From positions 930,001 to 962,000 of the forward strand of contig NC_020409.1 in NCBI RefSeq assembly GCF_000341895.1: 32,000 nucleotides of DNA. Reading direction: 5' to 3'. Every line of letters starts with the position of its first letter. The first letter of the stretch is position 1. The translations under genes were made by a program, and so were the position numbers. This document shows positions 1 through 8,768 of the stretch, in pieces. Under the pieces are notes generated by a model that was not told the origin of the DNA, did no database searches, and saw only the letters and a list, made by a program, of their open reading frames with translations. This DNA comes from Pseudodesulfovibrio piezophilus C1TLV30 (GTDB taxonomy: Bacteria > Desulfobacterota > Desulfovibrionia > Desulfovibrionales > Desulfovibrionaceae).

Positions 1-361
1 CGATGCCGCCCGCCAACAAAAGTGTCGGCGTGTCCGGTTCCATGGCAAAGGAGTTGCCAAGGGGACCCCAGATCGCCACTTCATCACCGGGTTTCAAGGT
101 GGTGATACGTTCTGTTCCGCGACCGACCTTCTGAATAAAAAGCGTCAGCGAATTTTCATCGGCGGAACAGATGGAAAACGGCCTTGCCCAAATCAGATCC
201 AAATCCCAGCCGGAGGGGCGGATCATGACAAACTGGCCAGGCTTCCACCCGTCCCAGTCCGGGTATTCAAGCCTGATTTCAAAAAATTCATCAGGCCTTT
301 TTGATTGACCGACTGGGGAGACTTCCAATACTTTTACATTCCGGCAATTCCTCAAGGACAT
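1..361 (-). CDS. PyrK-like FAD/NAD(P)-binding oxidoreductase (ferredoxin-reductase-type electron-transfer subunit). Only the N-terminal 120 aa are present; the 3' end lies outside the window.
   Basis: Not in the ORF track because it has no stop in the window. My minus-strand translation from ATG 361..359 reads MSLRNCRNVKVLEVSPVGQSKRPDEFFEIRLEYPDWDGWKPGQFVMIRPSGWDLDLIWARPFSICSADENSLTLFIQKVGRGTERITTLKPGDEVAIWGPLGNSFAMEPDTPTLLLAGGI. PGQFVMIRP, RPFSI and the GxGTxxL/LLAGG layout are typical of PyrK/FNR-like FAD-binding barrels. Confidence 0.55.
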   Translation of the reverse strand, partial: MSLRNCRNVKVLEVSPVGQSKRPDEFFEIRLEYPDWDGWKPGQFVMIRPSGWDLDLIWARPFSICSADENSLTLFIQKVGRGTERITTLKPGDEVAIWGPLGNSFAMEPDTPTLLLAGGI

Positions 362-374
362 CGATACAACCCTT

Positions 375-2357
375 ATGAGCAAAATTCATATTCCAGAAAT
401 TATGGCCCCCGCAGGGGATTCCGCTTCCTATCTCGCCGCTGTCGCAGCCGGCGCAGATGCCATTTATGTCGGACTGAAACACTTTTCAGCCCGAATGCAG
501 GCCACCAACTTTTCTATCAGCGAGCTCGCACAGCTGGCAAGCCTAGGCAGAGACCGCGGCACCAAGACCTACGTTGCCATGAACACCATGGTCAAGCCCA
601 ATGACGTGGAATCAGCCGGACGGCTTATTGATCGTCTGCAAAAAACCGTCAAACCGTTCGCCCTCATTGTACAAGACCTCGCCATGCTGGAGCTGGCGAA
701 ACAGGTCGGATATAGTGGCGAGCTTCACCTTTCCACCCTAGCTAACCTGAGCCATCCATCAGGCTTTGACGTCGCAAAAAAACTCGGCGTCAAGCGCATC
801 GTCATCCCTCGTGAGCTGAACCTTGATGAGGTCAAGATGATGGCTGATGCGTGCCCCAAAGATTTGGACCTTGAAATATTCGTCCATGGGGCACTCTGCC
901 ACTGTGTCTCTGGCCGCTGCTACTGGTCAAGCTATCTGGGAGGGAAATCAGGGCTGCGAGGACGCTGTGTGCAACCCTGCCGACGTTTATACACGCAGCA
1001 GAAACAGGATGCCCAACGCCTGTTCTCTTGTACAGACCTGTCCTTGGACGTCCTGACCAAACCACTGCTCTCCATGCCCAAGGTCACGGCCTGGAAGATT
1101 GAAGGCCGCAAAAAGGGTCCCCATTACGTTTATTACACGGTCCGTGCCTACCAGATGCTCCGGGACAATCCGCAGGATGCACAAGCAAAAAAAGCTGCTC
1201 AGGAGCTTCTTGAACAGGCCTTGGGACGCCCGTCCAGCCATTCCCTTTTCCTGCCCCAGCGCCCTTTTCAACCGATCCGTCCGGGTGAGGAGACAGGATC
1301 TGGCAGACTGGTTGGCGAGATCAAGCGCGACCAGAAAAAACTTTTCTTCCAACCCAGAGAACCGCTCAATCCAGGCGATGTCATCCGGGTGGGCTATGAA
1401 GATCTGCCGGGCCATCGCACCCTGTATATTCGTCGTCGAGTCCCCAAGCGCGGCCGTATGGATATCCCCTTCTCCAAGAAACCGGAAAACAACCGAATCC
1501 CAGTGGGGACAAAAATCTTTCTCGTGGATAGACGTGAGCCGGAACTGACCAAACAGATCAAGGAGCTTGAGGGCGAACTGGCCCTTTTCCCTGCGCCGAC
1601 ATCCAAGGAATCAACCTTTACGCCCACATGGCCAAAAACAGCCTCTCGTGCCAAAGTGAGACCCGAAAATATCATTGTCTCGCATACTCTGCCAAAAGGA
1701 CGGGTCCACGGCAAAAGCGCTTTCTGGCTGGAACGTTCCACCTTAAGCAAACTAGCCCGTGCTCTGGTTAATCGCTCCCAGTGGTGGCTACCTCCAGTTA
1801 TCTGGCCAGACGAAGACAAGAAAATACGCTCTCTCATCAAGGAAGCCGTCAAAAAAGGAGCCAGGGAATTTGTACTCAATGCTCCCTGGCAAGCCGGTTT
1901 TTTTGAAGATCGCAAAAATGTGACTCTCGTAGCTGGTCCTTTTTGCAATGCGTCTAACCGTCTTACGCTCAAGATCATGAAAGATCTGGGATGTTCATCT
2001 GCAATCATCAGTCCCGAACTCCCAGCCGAAGACATATTCGACCTTGCCAAGAATCCTCCCATTCCCCTCGGCTTTGTCGTCAAAGGTCTTTGGCCATTTG
2101 GTATAGCTCGATTTCTCGCCGAATCAGTTCGCTATGAAGAACCTATCAAAAGTCCGATGCATGAGGTTATGTTCGTTCGCAAACATGGCCAAAACAACTG
2201 GCTGTACCCAGGATGGGAACTTGATCTGACTGAAGAATACAAAAATCTTGATCGGGCCGGTTTCAAGAGCTTCATTACTATGAAAGAAGAATGGCCCCGT
2301 GATGTCCCCCGCCCGAAGCGGACCAGTACCTTCAACTGGAAATTAAAACTGCTCTGA
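375..2357 (+). CDS. U32-family protein (annotated family name: peptidase U32) with a four-Cys Fe-S motif and a long C-terminal extension
   Basis: 660-aa ORF. The N-terminus MSKIHIPEIMAPAGDSASYLAAVAAGADAIYVGLKHFSAR is a canonical U32 start. Cys spacing in LCHCVSGRCYWSSYLGGKSGLRGRCVQPCRR is CX6CX15CX3C. An EGRKK motif is present. Confidence 0.85.
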   Translation: MSKIHIPEIMAPAGDSASYLAAVAAGADAIYVGLKHFSARMQATNFSISELAQLASLGRDRGTKTYVAMNTMVKPNDVESAGRLIDRLQKTVKPFALIVQDLAMLELAKQVGYSGELHLSTLANLSHPSGFDVAKKLGVKRIVIPRELNLDEVKMMADACPKDLDLEIFVHGALCHCVSGRCYWSSYLGGKSGLRGRCVQPCRRLYTQQKQDAQRLFSCTDLSLDVLTKPLLSMPKVTAWKIEGRKKGPHYVYYTVRAYQMLRDNPQDAQAKKAAQELLEQALGRPSSHSLFLPQRPFQPIRPGEETGSGRLVGEIKRDQKKLFFQPREPLNPGDVIRVGYEDLPGHRTLYIRRRVPKRGRMDIPFSKKPENNRIPVGTKIFLVDRREPELTKQIKELEGELALFPAPTSKESTFTPTWPKTASRAKVRPENIIVSHTLPKGRVHGKSAFWLERSTLSKLARALVNRSQWWLPPVIWPDEDKKIRSLIKEAVKKGAREFVLNAPWQAGFFEDRKNVTLVAGPFCNASNRLTLKIMKDLGCSSAIISPELPAEDIFDLAKNPPIPLGFVVKGLWPFGIARFLAESVRYEEPIKSPMHEVMFVRKHGQNNWLYPGWELDLTEEYKNLDRAGFKSFITMKEEWPRDVPRPKRTSTFNWKLKLL

Positions 2358-2428
2358 TCCCAAAGAGCATTCGATACTTTGAAAGGCAGGCCACAGGAAG
2401 TATTCAGCCTCATAAATTAGGATAATGA

Positions 2429-2460
2429 ACGGCCCTGAAAACATCTGTTTTCAGGGCCGT
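2429..2460. terminator. Bidirectional hairpin terminator between the convergent U32 (+) and phzF-like (-) genes
   Basis: ACGGCCCTGAAAAC...GTTTTCAGGGCCGT forms a 13-14 bp GC-rich stem with a short loop. T/A-rich sequence lies on both sides. Confidence 0.55.
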
Positions 2461-2572
2461 CAAATATTTCTTCTCTTTCCCCAGAGGCCGAGCCCTTTTC
2501 GGTCAAGCTCCTCAATCATCTCTGATTATTGTGAATCAAACAAGCAGACCTCATCCCCTCTGTTCTTGAATC

Positions 2573-3355
2573 CTAAAGAGTAATAATCCCTTTCATGTAT
2601 GTCACAGCCTTCCCTGCAATCTTGATACGATCTCCAAGATATTCACAGTCTATAGCCCCCCCTCGTGATGAGGCCTGATAGGCGCGCATAAGAGTCTTGC
2701 CAAGACGATCTGCCCAAAAAGGCACCATGGTGCAATGAGCCGACCCAGTCACGGGGTCTTCCGGAATTCCCTGCTCCGGGACAAAAGTCCGTGAGACAAA
2801 ATCATAATCAAGACCGGGCGCAGTACAAATCATGCACATGCCGTCAAGCTGAGAGACCAGACGAAAATCCGGAGAAAGACCGCGAACCTCATCTTCGTTC
2901 TCAAAGACAGCCATCATGTCTCGCTCCCCCATGAATAATTCCGCTGGACGTGCGCCGAGAGCCTGAGAAACACGTTCTGTCACCTGAATCTCCCGCAATC
3001 CCCAGGCAGGGAAATCCATGGAATATGTATCTGCTTCCCTGTCCACGAACAACCGCCCGCCTTTGGTCTCGAATACCACGACAGGGTCGGTATACTCCAG
3101 GAACTCATAGAGCACATAGGCGCTCGCCAGGGTCGCATGACCACACAGGTCGACTTCGGACTCGGCGGTAAACCAGCGAAGCTCGAAGTATTCTCCTTTC
3201 CTAATAAAAAATGCGGTTTCAGAAAGATTGTTTTCAGCAGCGATCTTCTGCATCAACTCATCGGAAAGCCACTCGTAAAGAGGCACGACAGCAGCCGGAT
3301 TACCGTTGAAGACTTCATCGGCAAAAGCATCAACCTGATAAAGATCGAGTTCCAT
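2573..3355 (-). CDS. PhzF-family isomerase/epimerase-like protein
   Basis: The ORF track gives 2573..3505. I trim to the internal ATG at 3355 (MELDLYQVDAFADEVFNGNPAAVV..), the typical PhzF N-terminus. An SETAFF motif is present. The longer form would overlap the upstream PBP gene end at 3369. Confidence 0.85.
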   Translation of the reverse strand: MELDLYQVDAFADEVFNGNPAAVVPLYEWLSDELMQKIAAENNLSETAFFIRKGEYFELRWFTAESEVDLCGHATLASAYVLYEFLEYTDPVVVFETKGGRLFVDREADTYSMDFPAWGLREIQVTERVSQALGARPAELFMGERDMMAVFENEDEVRGLSPDFRLVSQLDGMCMICTAPGLDYDFVSRTFVPEQGIPEDPVTGSAHCTMVPFWADRLGKTLMRAYQASSRGGAIDCEYLGDRIKIAGKAVTYMKGIITL

Positions 3356-3368
3356 GGCATCTCCTTTG

Positions 3369-5714
3369 TTAGAAGGTCTGCTTGAACAGATCATCGGCAG
3401 AACCGGGTCCTCCCCCTGTCGAGCCACCGCTAGTTGACATCTCCGTCGGCTCTGTCCCCACCTTGAATGGCAGGAAAAATTCCGTCTTGGAACTGGGGGA
3501 AGCAAGCTTTCCAGTTGCTCCGTCTACTCGAACCATAACAATACCTGGCGGCTGAGTGAAGTCCTGATATGGAAAATCCGCTTCGACCTTCTTTCGGTAA
3601 TCCACCCATATGGGACTCGCGGCACGAGAACCTGTCTCCCACTTACCCATGGGTTTGAGTTCGTCAAAACCGACGAAGACACCAGTCAAAAGATATGGTG
3701 AATACCCCATGAACCAGGCATCCTGTTCGTTATTGGATGTTCCGGTCTTCCCGGCAATGGGACGTTTGAGCACCTTGGCACGCCACCCTGTCCCGTTCTG
3801 GACCACCTGTTTCATAAGCGAGGCCATGATATAGGCAGTCTGTGGACTAATAGCATCCACAGCTTCAGGGGCAGAAGCAAACATTTCCTCCCCCCAGGCC
3901 GAAGTCACCGACAACACTGTACGAGGTTTGACGTAGGAACCGCCGCGGGCAAATGCGGTATAGGCTTCGCATAAATCCATCAAAGTCACGACTGCGGAAC
4001 CAAGCGCTACGGAAAGATCTTCAGGAAAGTCAGTCTCGATTCCCATAGCCTTGGCTCTTTCAATAATCTTTCTGATCCCAATTTTCTGGGCAATACGGAT
4101 GGTAACGAGATTCTTGGATTTGACCAAAGCCGTCCGTAACAAGGTCGGTCCCTCGAAAGTTCCTTCAAAATTTTCAGGACGCCACAGCTTGCCTTGCTCA
4201 TTATTCGCATACACAATGGGCGCATCGAGAATAATGGATGCGGGGGTAAAGCCATTATCGATAGCCGTGGAATAGACAATGGGCTTGAAAGCCGACCCAG
4301 GCTGTCTATGTGCTTGCGTCGCCCTGTTAAACTGACTTTTATGAAAAGAATACCCACCGACAAGCGCCAGTACTTCACCTGTTTCCGGCTTGATGGAAAC
4401 CATAGCTCCTTCGACCAGAGGCTCCCGCTCCATATCAAGTTCCCATATCCCCTCCGGCGCATCAGGTGCTTTGGAAACAGTCACCCAGATGACATCTCCT
4501 TTCTTGAGAACCCGGCGTGCATCCGAAGGATTGGGGACATCCTCATGGCTCTTCCTGATATCCGGCTTACGAACCCACCACATGGCCCTGAGGGGAATTA
4601 TCCCTTGATATTTCCCGAATCGAACATAAGCCTTATCTTTTTCGACTTTGGAAACCCACCCTTTCATGGGGGTATCCTTTTCCATGATACCATCTGTATC
4701 CTGTGGACCTTCTTCCAGAACCCGACTGACATCGCCAGCACTCACATTTTCAATAGGACCAAGCCAACCGCGCCGTTTTGCAGAATTGAGCAGCCCACGT
4801 CTGACTGCTTTTTCCGCCGCGACCTGATGCTTGAGATCACATGCGGTGGTGACATTCAATCCCCCTTCATAAACGACATCCTCACCATATTGATCAATGA
4901 GCCACCGACGGACTTCCTCAAGATAATAGGCCCCGGCATGCCATGATGGGTCAGGCATAGATTGTAGGGTAATCTCTTCTGCCATGGCATCATCATACTG
5001 GGCTTGGGTAATCCAATTTTGGGCCCGTAGTTGCTGCAGGACATACCGTTGACGCTGCTTTGCAAGATCCCAATTCCTATAGGGATTATAGCGACTCGGA
5101 GCCTGGGGCAATCCCGCGAGCATGGCCGATTCTGCGACCGTCAGGTCTTTGGCGTGTTTCGCAAAGTATGTCCTGGCTGCGGCTTCTACCCCGTAGGAAT
5201 GGGCACCAAGAAAAATCTGATTCAGATAAATAGTAAGAATCTCTTCCTTAGTCAGATAATTCTCTAGGCGAAAGGCGAGAATGGCTTCTTTCAGCTTGCG
5301 TTTGTAGCTTCGCTCCGGTGTCAGAAGCAAACGCTTGATGATTTGCTGCGTGATGGTCGACCCACCCTGCTTGGTATGTCCAGCCCGCAGATTGGCAATA
5401 AAGGCACGAGATATGGCCGTCAGATCAACACCGTCATGTTCGTAAAAACTCGCATCTTCGGCAGCGAGAAAAGCCTTGGGCAACCAAGGCGACATCTGAT
5501 CGAGTGTGACCAAAAACCGTTTCTCTTTGTAAAAATATCCAAGGACCTGATTATCCTTGGCATAGACCGTCGTCACCAATGGGGGACGGTAGTCCGTGAT
5601 TTTCTTGAACCCCGGAAGTTCCCGTGATGCCCAATTATAAAGGCCAAAAGCTCCGGCGAGACCCAAAAAAAGACAAACGAGGGATGTTATAAAAAGAATC
5701 TTCATTATTTTCAT
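3369..5714 (-). CDS. mrcA: Class A penicillin-binding protein 1A (glycosyltransferase + transpeptidase)
   Basis: N-terminal TM segment. GT51 motifs EDASFYEHDGVD, GGSTITQQ and RKLKE. Transpeptidase motifs SAFK (SxxK), SKN and KTGT. The ORF-track start at 5723 is TTG; ATG at 5714 (MKIMKILFITS) is more likely. Confidence 0.9.
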   Translation of the reverse strand: MKIMKILFITSLVCLFLGLAGAFGLYNWASRELPGFKKITDYRPPLVTTVYAKDNQVLGYFYKEKRFLVTLDQMSPWLPKAFLAAEDASFYEHDGVDLTAISRAFIANLRAGHTKQGGSTITQQIIKRLLLTPERSYKRKLKEAILAFRLENYLTKEEILTIYLNQIFLGAHSYGVEAAARTYFAKHAKDLTVAESAMLAGLPQAPSRYNPYRNWDLAKQRQRYVLQQLRAQNWITQAQYDDAMAEEITLQSMPDPSWHAGAYYLEEVRRWLIDQYGEDVVYEGGLNVTTACDLKHQVAAEKAVRRGLLNSAKRRGWLGPIENVSAGDVSRVLEEGPQDTDGIMEKDTPMKGWVSKVEKDKAYVRFGKYQGIIPLRAMWWVRKPDIRKSHEDVPNPSDARRVLKKGDVIWVTVSKAPDAPEGIWELDMEREPLVEGAMVSIKPETGEVLALVGGYSFHKSQFNRATQAHRQPGSAFKPIVYSTAIDNGFTPASIILDAPIVYANNEQGKLWRPENFEGTFEGPTLLRTALVKSKNLVTIRIAQKIGIRKIIERAKAMGIETDFPEDLSVALGSAVVTLMDLCEAYTAFARGGSYVKPRTVLSVTSAWGEEMFASAPEAVDAISPQTAYIMASLMKQVVQNGTGWRAKVLKRPIAGKTGTSNNEQDAWFMGYSPYLLTGVFVGFDELKPMGKWETGSRAASPIWVDYRKKVEADFPYQDFTQPPGIVMVRVDGATGKLASPSSKTEFFLPFKVGTEPTEMSTSGGSTGGGPGSADDLFKQTF

Positions 5715-5719
5715 TTGAT

Positions 5720-6283
5720 TCAAAAACCTTTTTTAACCGTGCGGGCACCCTTGGCGGGCGGCAGCCCCCAGACCAGTCGCAAGCGGCCATAGAGATCCTT
5801 GACCTCGGCTCGCGTCATGTCGAGACAGCGCAACATTCGATTGAGAGTTCTCTCCTCCCTGCGGGCAAGACAGGTCGGAGAGTCAAAAAAAATCACGTCA
5901 CCCTCAGCCATCCAAAAGGGAAAGAGGCGACAATAATACGGACGAATTTCCTGTGGGATTTCACACCCTTCAGGCCCAAGAAAACGACATGCGCCCAAAG
6001 AATCCACAGCCAGACGAAAATGCTCTTTTCCCTCGGGAAATAACGCTCTGACCAGAGCCTCTTCGCCGGGAAAGAGGCGAGCAGCATAATCTGCAAAAGC
6101 CTTGGAATTTGGAGAAAGAACAAAGCCACCAGTAAACGGAGCGTGTTCCTGTATTCGTTCTTTTTCTACTTGAGAAATGGGAAAGCAGTACTCTTCCTGC
6201 CCCGTGGCTATTCGACAACAGGTCGGTCCCTGAAGGGAACACCGTCTGCAAATATCGCTGTCGCCGGTATGGGTCAAGCTCAT
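5720..6283 (-). CDS. YkgJ-family (UPF0153, CxxCxxCC-type) cysteine-cluster zinc/iron-binding protein
   Basis: Trimmed to ATG 6283 (MSLTHTGDSDICRRCSLQGPTCC...), just after the kdsD stop at 6297. A second Cys block GACRFLGPEGCEIPQEIRPYYCRLFPF fits the family pattern. Confidence 0.7.
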   Translation of the reverse strand: MSLTHTGDSDICRRCSLQGPTCCRIATGQEEYCFPISQVEKERIQEHAPFTGGFVLSPNSKAFADYAARLFPGEEALVRALFPEGKEHFRLAVDSLGACRFLGPEGCEIPQEIRPYYCRLFPFWMAEGDVIFFDSPTCLARREERTLNRMLRCLDMTRAEVKDLYGRLRLVWGLPPAKGARTVKKGF

Positions 6284-6296
6284 GCCATCACTCCTG

Positions 6297-7319
6297 TTAC
6301 CCGACATTCTCCGTAAGCCCGGAACCGGAAAAGCGCAACGCCCCCTTGCCAAGAAGATCGTGAAGATGAACCATGCCGACCAGCACGCCATCGTCATTGA
6401 CCACAGGTAGAACGGTAATCTGGTTCTGCTCCATGACATCGAGCACCAGAGCCGAGGATTCACCGACATTCGCCCGCTTGGGAGAAAGAGTCATGACCTC
6501 ACCAATGGGGCGGGTAACGTCAAATGGCCCACAACAGACTTCCCGGCGAACATCTCCATCGGAAAGAACCCCTTTGAGAACCGTTTCGTCATCAACAATC
6601 GCGACAAGCCCAAGCCCCCCGGAATTCAAAACTTCCAGGGCACTGTGAAGCGAAGCATCCGAACCAACAACAGGCAGCCCTTCGCAATGCATGAGTTGAT
6701 CCACGCTGGATGCCAATCGCTGTCCCAGTGATCCACCGGGATGAAATTTCTTGAAATCATCTCGCCCAAAGGACTTCCATTCCATAAGGCAGACAGCCAA
6801 AGCATCGCCCACAGCCAACTGTGCCGTGGTTGATGACGTCGGAGCCAGACCAATCAGACACGCCTCACGCGGGACTGCGACCTCGATGACAATATCACTG
6901 AGTCTGGCCATATCCGAAGTGGTGTGAGCAGTCATGCAGATGATCGTGACACCAAGTGATTTCAAAGTCGGAAGAATCGCGTTCAATTCATCCGTACCAC
7001 CTGAATTGGAAATAGCCAGGATAACATCCTCATCACGCAACATGCCCATATCGCCATGAGCACCTTCGACCGGATGCAGAAAAAAAGACGGTGTTCCCGT
7101 GCTGGACAACGTGGCTGCAATCTTGCGTCCCACCAGACCGGATTTCCCCACGCCGGTGACCACGACGCGTCCAGAACACCCGGCCATGGCCGTGACTGCT
7201 GTAGCAAAGGTTTCACTTAATTGTCCCTTGACAGCCTCAAGTCCCTCTATTTCGGTATCCAGAACCTCTCTGGCGATATTCACCCAGTCGGTTCTGCCGG
7301 AAGTGCATTCCATGTACAA
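6297..7319 (-). CDS. kdsD: KpsF/GutQ-family arabinose-5-phosphate isomerase (SIS domain + tandem CBS)
   Basis: VVVTGVGKSGLVGRKIAATLSSTGTPSFFLHPVEGAHGDMG and FHPGGSLG are followed by two CBS-like repeats. Confidence 0.88.
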   Translation of the reverse strand: MYMECTSGRTDWVNIAREVLDTEIEGLEAVKGQLSETFATAVTAMAGCSGRVVVTGVGKSGLVGRKIAATLSSTGTPSFFLHPVEGAHGDMGMLRDEDVILAISNSGGTDELNAILPTLKSLGVTIICMTAHTTSDMARLSDIVIEVAVPREACLIGLAPTSSTTAQLAVGDALAVCLMEWKSFGRDDFKKFHPGGSLGQRLASSVDQLMHCEGLPVVGSDASLHSALEVLNSGGLGLVAIVDDETVLKGVLSDGDVRREVCCGPFDVTRPIGEVMTLSPKRANVGESSALVLDVMEQNQITVLPVVNDDGVLVGMVHLHDLLGKGALRFSGSGLTENVG

Positions 7320-7328
7320 TAGCTCCGC

Positions 7329-8744
7329 TTAGCAAAATTCCTTGATAATACCAGGAGATGCTTCCAGGCAATCCTTCCCCATTCTGTCTGAAAGCGGGAT
7401 AGGATAATGCCCGTCAAAACAGGCAAGACACCATGCATCATTAGCAGTCACCGAATCGACCAACCCGGGAATGGTCAGGTAATGCAAGGATTCGATGCCC
7501 ATGAAACGTGCAATTTCTTCCGGCTCATGATTGGCAGCTATCAGCTCCCCTTTGGAAGAAAAATCAATCCCGTAAAAACAGGGGTGCTTGATTGCGGGGC
7601 AACTCACTCGCAAATGAATTTCCCTGGCACCGAGCTCGCGAAGTTTCTTGACACGAGCTCGAATTGTCGTTCCCCGGACAACAGAATCTTCCACAATAAT
7701 AATCCGTTTTCCCTGAACCATGGATTTAACCGGATTGAGCTTCACGCGAACCGAGAAATCCCGCATATCCTGAGAAGGCTGGATAAAAGTCCGACCCACG
7801 TAGTGGTTGCGAATCATGGCCAGTTCCAGAGGGACGCCGGATGCCTGGGAATACCCCACGGCCGCATAGTTGCCGGAATCGGGGAACGGCATGACAAAAT
7901 CGGCATCGACCGGCGCTTCCTTGGCAAGCATGGCCCCCATGGCTTTGCGACTCTCATAAACAACATCGCCGAAAACCGTGGAATCAGGACGGGCAAAGTA
8001 GATCAACTCAAAAATACACTGCCGTTTCGGCTCCGGCTCACAGTAGTGCGTCGAGGTCATCTTGTTCTTGTGAATAGTGACCATCTCTCCCGGATTGAGC
8101 GGACGAAGGTATTCTGCTTCGATGAGATCAAAGGCACATGTTTCAGAAGCAAACACATAGCTATCCCCGACACGTCCCAAAGCGAGCGGACGCACTCCAT
8201 TCGGATCTTTCAAAGCAATGAGTTTATCGTTGGCCATGACCAGAATGGAAAAAGCACCCCGAACCCGCTTGCACGCTTTGGCCACCGCCTCTTCTATGGT
8301 CTCGGATTGGTGGAGATATTTAATGATCAAGTGGGCAAAGACTTCGGTGTCCATGGTCGTTTGAAAGATGGACCCGTTCTCTTCAAGTTCTGCCCTGAGT
8401 TCAAAGGTGTTCACCAAATTGCCATTATGAGCCACAGCAAGACGCAAGTCGCCATGACGGACAAGAAACGGTTGTGCATTGCGAATAAGAGAAGCCCCGG
8501 TTGTAGAGTACCGGATATGTCCCATGGCAATTTCACCACGTAATTCCTTGCCTAGGTGACGTTCGTTAAAAACATCTGCCACCAACCCCATACCTTTTTG
8601 TTCACGGATTTTCTCTCCGTCCCAGGTGACAATGCCCGCAGACTCCTGTCCGCGGTGCTGGAGGGCATAAAGCCCAAAATAGGTCATCCTGGCGGCTTCT
8701 TTATTGCCGTAGATTCCGAAAAGTCCGCAATACTCTTTTTTCAT
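7329..8744 (-). CDS. purF: Amidophosphoribosyltransferase
   Basis: N-terminal MKKEYCGLFGIYG (Ntn Cys after a short propeptide), the PRTase core, and C-terminal Cys residues typical of the Fe-S type (CPAIKHPCFYGID, CLACFDGHYP). Confidence 0.95.
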   Translation of the reverse strand: MKKEYCGLFGIYGNKEAARMTYFGLYALQHRGQESAGIVTWDGEKIREQKGMGLVADVFNERHLGKELRGEIAMGHIRYSTTGASLIRNAQPFLVRHGDLRLAVAHNGNLVNTFELRAELEENGSIFQTTMDTEVFAHLIIKYLHQSETIEEAVAKACKRVRGAFSILVMANDKLIALKDPNGVRPLALGRVGDSYVFASETCAFDLIEAEYLRPLNPGEMVTIHKNKMTSTHYCEPEPKRQCIFELIYFARPDSTVFGDVVYESRKAMGAMLAKEAPVDADFVMPFPDSGNYAAVGYSQASGVPLELAMIRNHYVGRTFIQPSQDMRDFSVRVKLNPVKSMVQGKRIIIVEDSVVRGTTIRARVKKLRELGAREIHLRVSCPAIKHPCFYGIDFSSKGELIAANHEPEEIARFMGIESLHYLTIPGLVDSVTANDAWCLACFDGHYPIPLSDRMGKDCLEASPGIIKEFC

Positions 8745-8768
8745 GACTCTCTCTTGTCAAAATCGGCG

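Noticed and set aside
291-604. ORFs 291..482 (minus) and 305..604 (plus) at the divergent start region
   Set aside because: They overlap the well-supported U32 and PyrK-like frames. Their translations are Cys/Arg-rich nonsense.
2573-3505. N-terminal extensions in the ORF track for PhzF (to 3505), YkgJ-like (to 6469), HDOD (to 21632), RuvA (to 25670) and MetRS (to 17869)
   Set aside because: The extensions overlap the preceding gene or lack an SD. Internal starts give canonical family N-termini and sit just downstream of the neighbouring stop codon.
7407-8543. Long plus-strand ORF (378 aa) opposite purF. Similar shadow ORFs include 1394..2083, 4194..4946, 8556..9179, 9954..10547, 16970..17917, 19248..19844, 22006..22509, 23266..23829 and 26517..27113.
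   Set aside because: All lie antisense to, or out of frame within, genes with unmistakable conserved products. Their translations are low-complexity or R/S/P-rich with no recognisable motifs. They are typical shadow ORFs.
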